This document shows positions 63,194-64,000 of a stretch of DNA of 64,000 bases, piece after piece. Each line of letters begins with the position of its first letter. Within the stretch, counting starts at the first letter, position 1. This stretch comes from Selaginella moellendorffii (lineage: Eukaryota; Plantae; Lycopodiophyta): NCBI RefSeq assembly GCF_000143415.4, contig NW_003314404.1:186001-250000 (forward strand), written 5' to 3'. The notes under the pieces are model-generated. The model searched no databases. It was not told the DNA's origin and saw only the letters and a program-made list of their open reading frames with translations. The position numbers and the translations under genes were made by a program.

Positions 63194-63194
<1 letters not shown>

Positions 63195-64000
63195 GCGCTA
63201 GTGACAATGTATGGGAAGTGTGAGAGCCCAGTGGAAGCTCAAAAGGTCTTCAACTCCATGACGGCTAGGAACCTGATCTCCTGGACTTCAATGATCAAGG
63301 CTTACGCTCAGCATGGGAATCCACAGGAGACTCTCAACCTTTTAAAGAGGATGGACGTGGAGCTGAGTGGTGTGAGCTTCTCTAGTGCTCTCAATGCCTT
63401 GGCACTGCTGGGAGCTTTGGACGAAGGCCGAGAGATTCATCACCGAGTTGTGGAAGCCAATCTCGTATCCCCGCAGATGGAGACTTCCTTGCTCAGCATG
63501 TACGCGAGGTGTGGAAGCCTGGACGACGCGAGGCGCGTGTTTAACAGGATGAAGACGAGAGACGCCTTCTCTTGCAATGCGATGATCGCCGCCTTCACAC
63601 AGCACGGTCGTAAGAAACAGGCACACTCAGGATTTACAGGAAGATGGAGCAGGAAGGTATTCCAGCCGACGGAATCACGTTCGTCCTGGTTGCTTGCAGC
63701 CATACTTCACTCGTGGCTGATTGTCGAGATTTCCTCCAGTCTTTGGTGATGGACCACGGGGTGGTACCATTGGTGGAGCACTACCTTTGCATGGTGGACG
63801 TTCTGGGCCGCTCGGGAAGACTGGGAGATGCTGAAGAGCTGGTGGAAACTATGCCATATCAAGCAGACTCAGTGGCCTGGATGACTTTACTGTTGGGTTG
63901 CAAGCGCCACGGTGACTTGGATCGTGGCGAGAGAGCCGCCAGGAAAGTTTTCGAGCTAGCACCGGCAGAGACTCTCCCTTACGTCTTCCTCTCCAACATG
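63194..64000 (+). pseudogene. 5'-truncated, frameshifted duplicate of the DYW-PPR (matches ~53121-53932); runs off the window
   Basis: Near-identical sequence; +2 insertion (aggcacactcagg) and 6-bp deletion (ttcgtcctgg). Confidence 0.92.

Overview
Eukaryotic plant nuclear DNA. It is very gene-dense, with ~50-60 bp GT-AG introns, many intronless PPR genes and telo-box promoters; the style is most consistent with the lycophyte Selaginella (inferred, not verified). Left to right: 3' end of a DAR/RbgA-type GTPase; PRMT6; CDC27/APC3; a BMI1/DRIP-type RING gene; then a rearranged accessory block (~8.8-22.7 kb). That block holds five DUF674-like copies, a small secreted protein made of five 14-aa Cys/Trp/Tyr repeats, a truncated folylpolyglutamate synthase, a fold-back insertion with a tRNA-Gly fragment in its loop, a PPR gene plus its pseudogene, and a Crinkler/RHS-like P-loop NTPase relic. 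Next come an At5g02240-like Rossmann protein, two head-to-head PPR genes, a decayed Ty3/gypsy element, KCBP/ZWICHEL kinesin, an RGI-type LRR-RLK, RabA, a THA8-like protein, two tandem MDHARs, a DYW-PPR with an unusual N-terminal domain, an LRR-RLP, a second Crinkler-related relic, a CYP71-clan P450 lacking the catalytic I-helix Thr, and a 5'-truncated copy of the DYW-PPR. Top candidates for novelty: the secreted (CxxGWYWYNGKCNQ)5 protein inside the DUF674 cluster, the tRNA-loop hairpin, and the DYW-PPR fusion. All family assignments come from recalled motifs, not from database searches.
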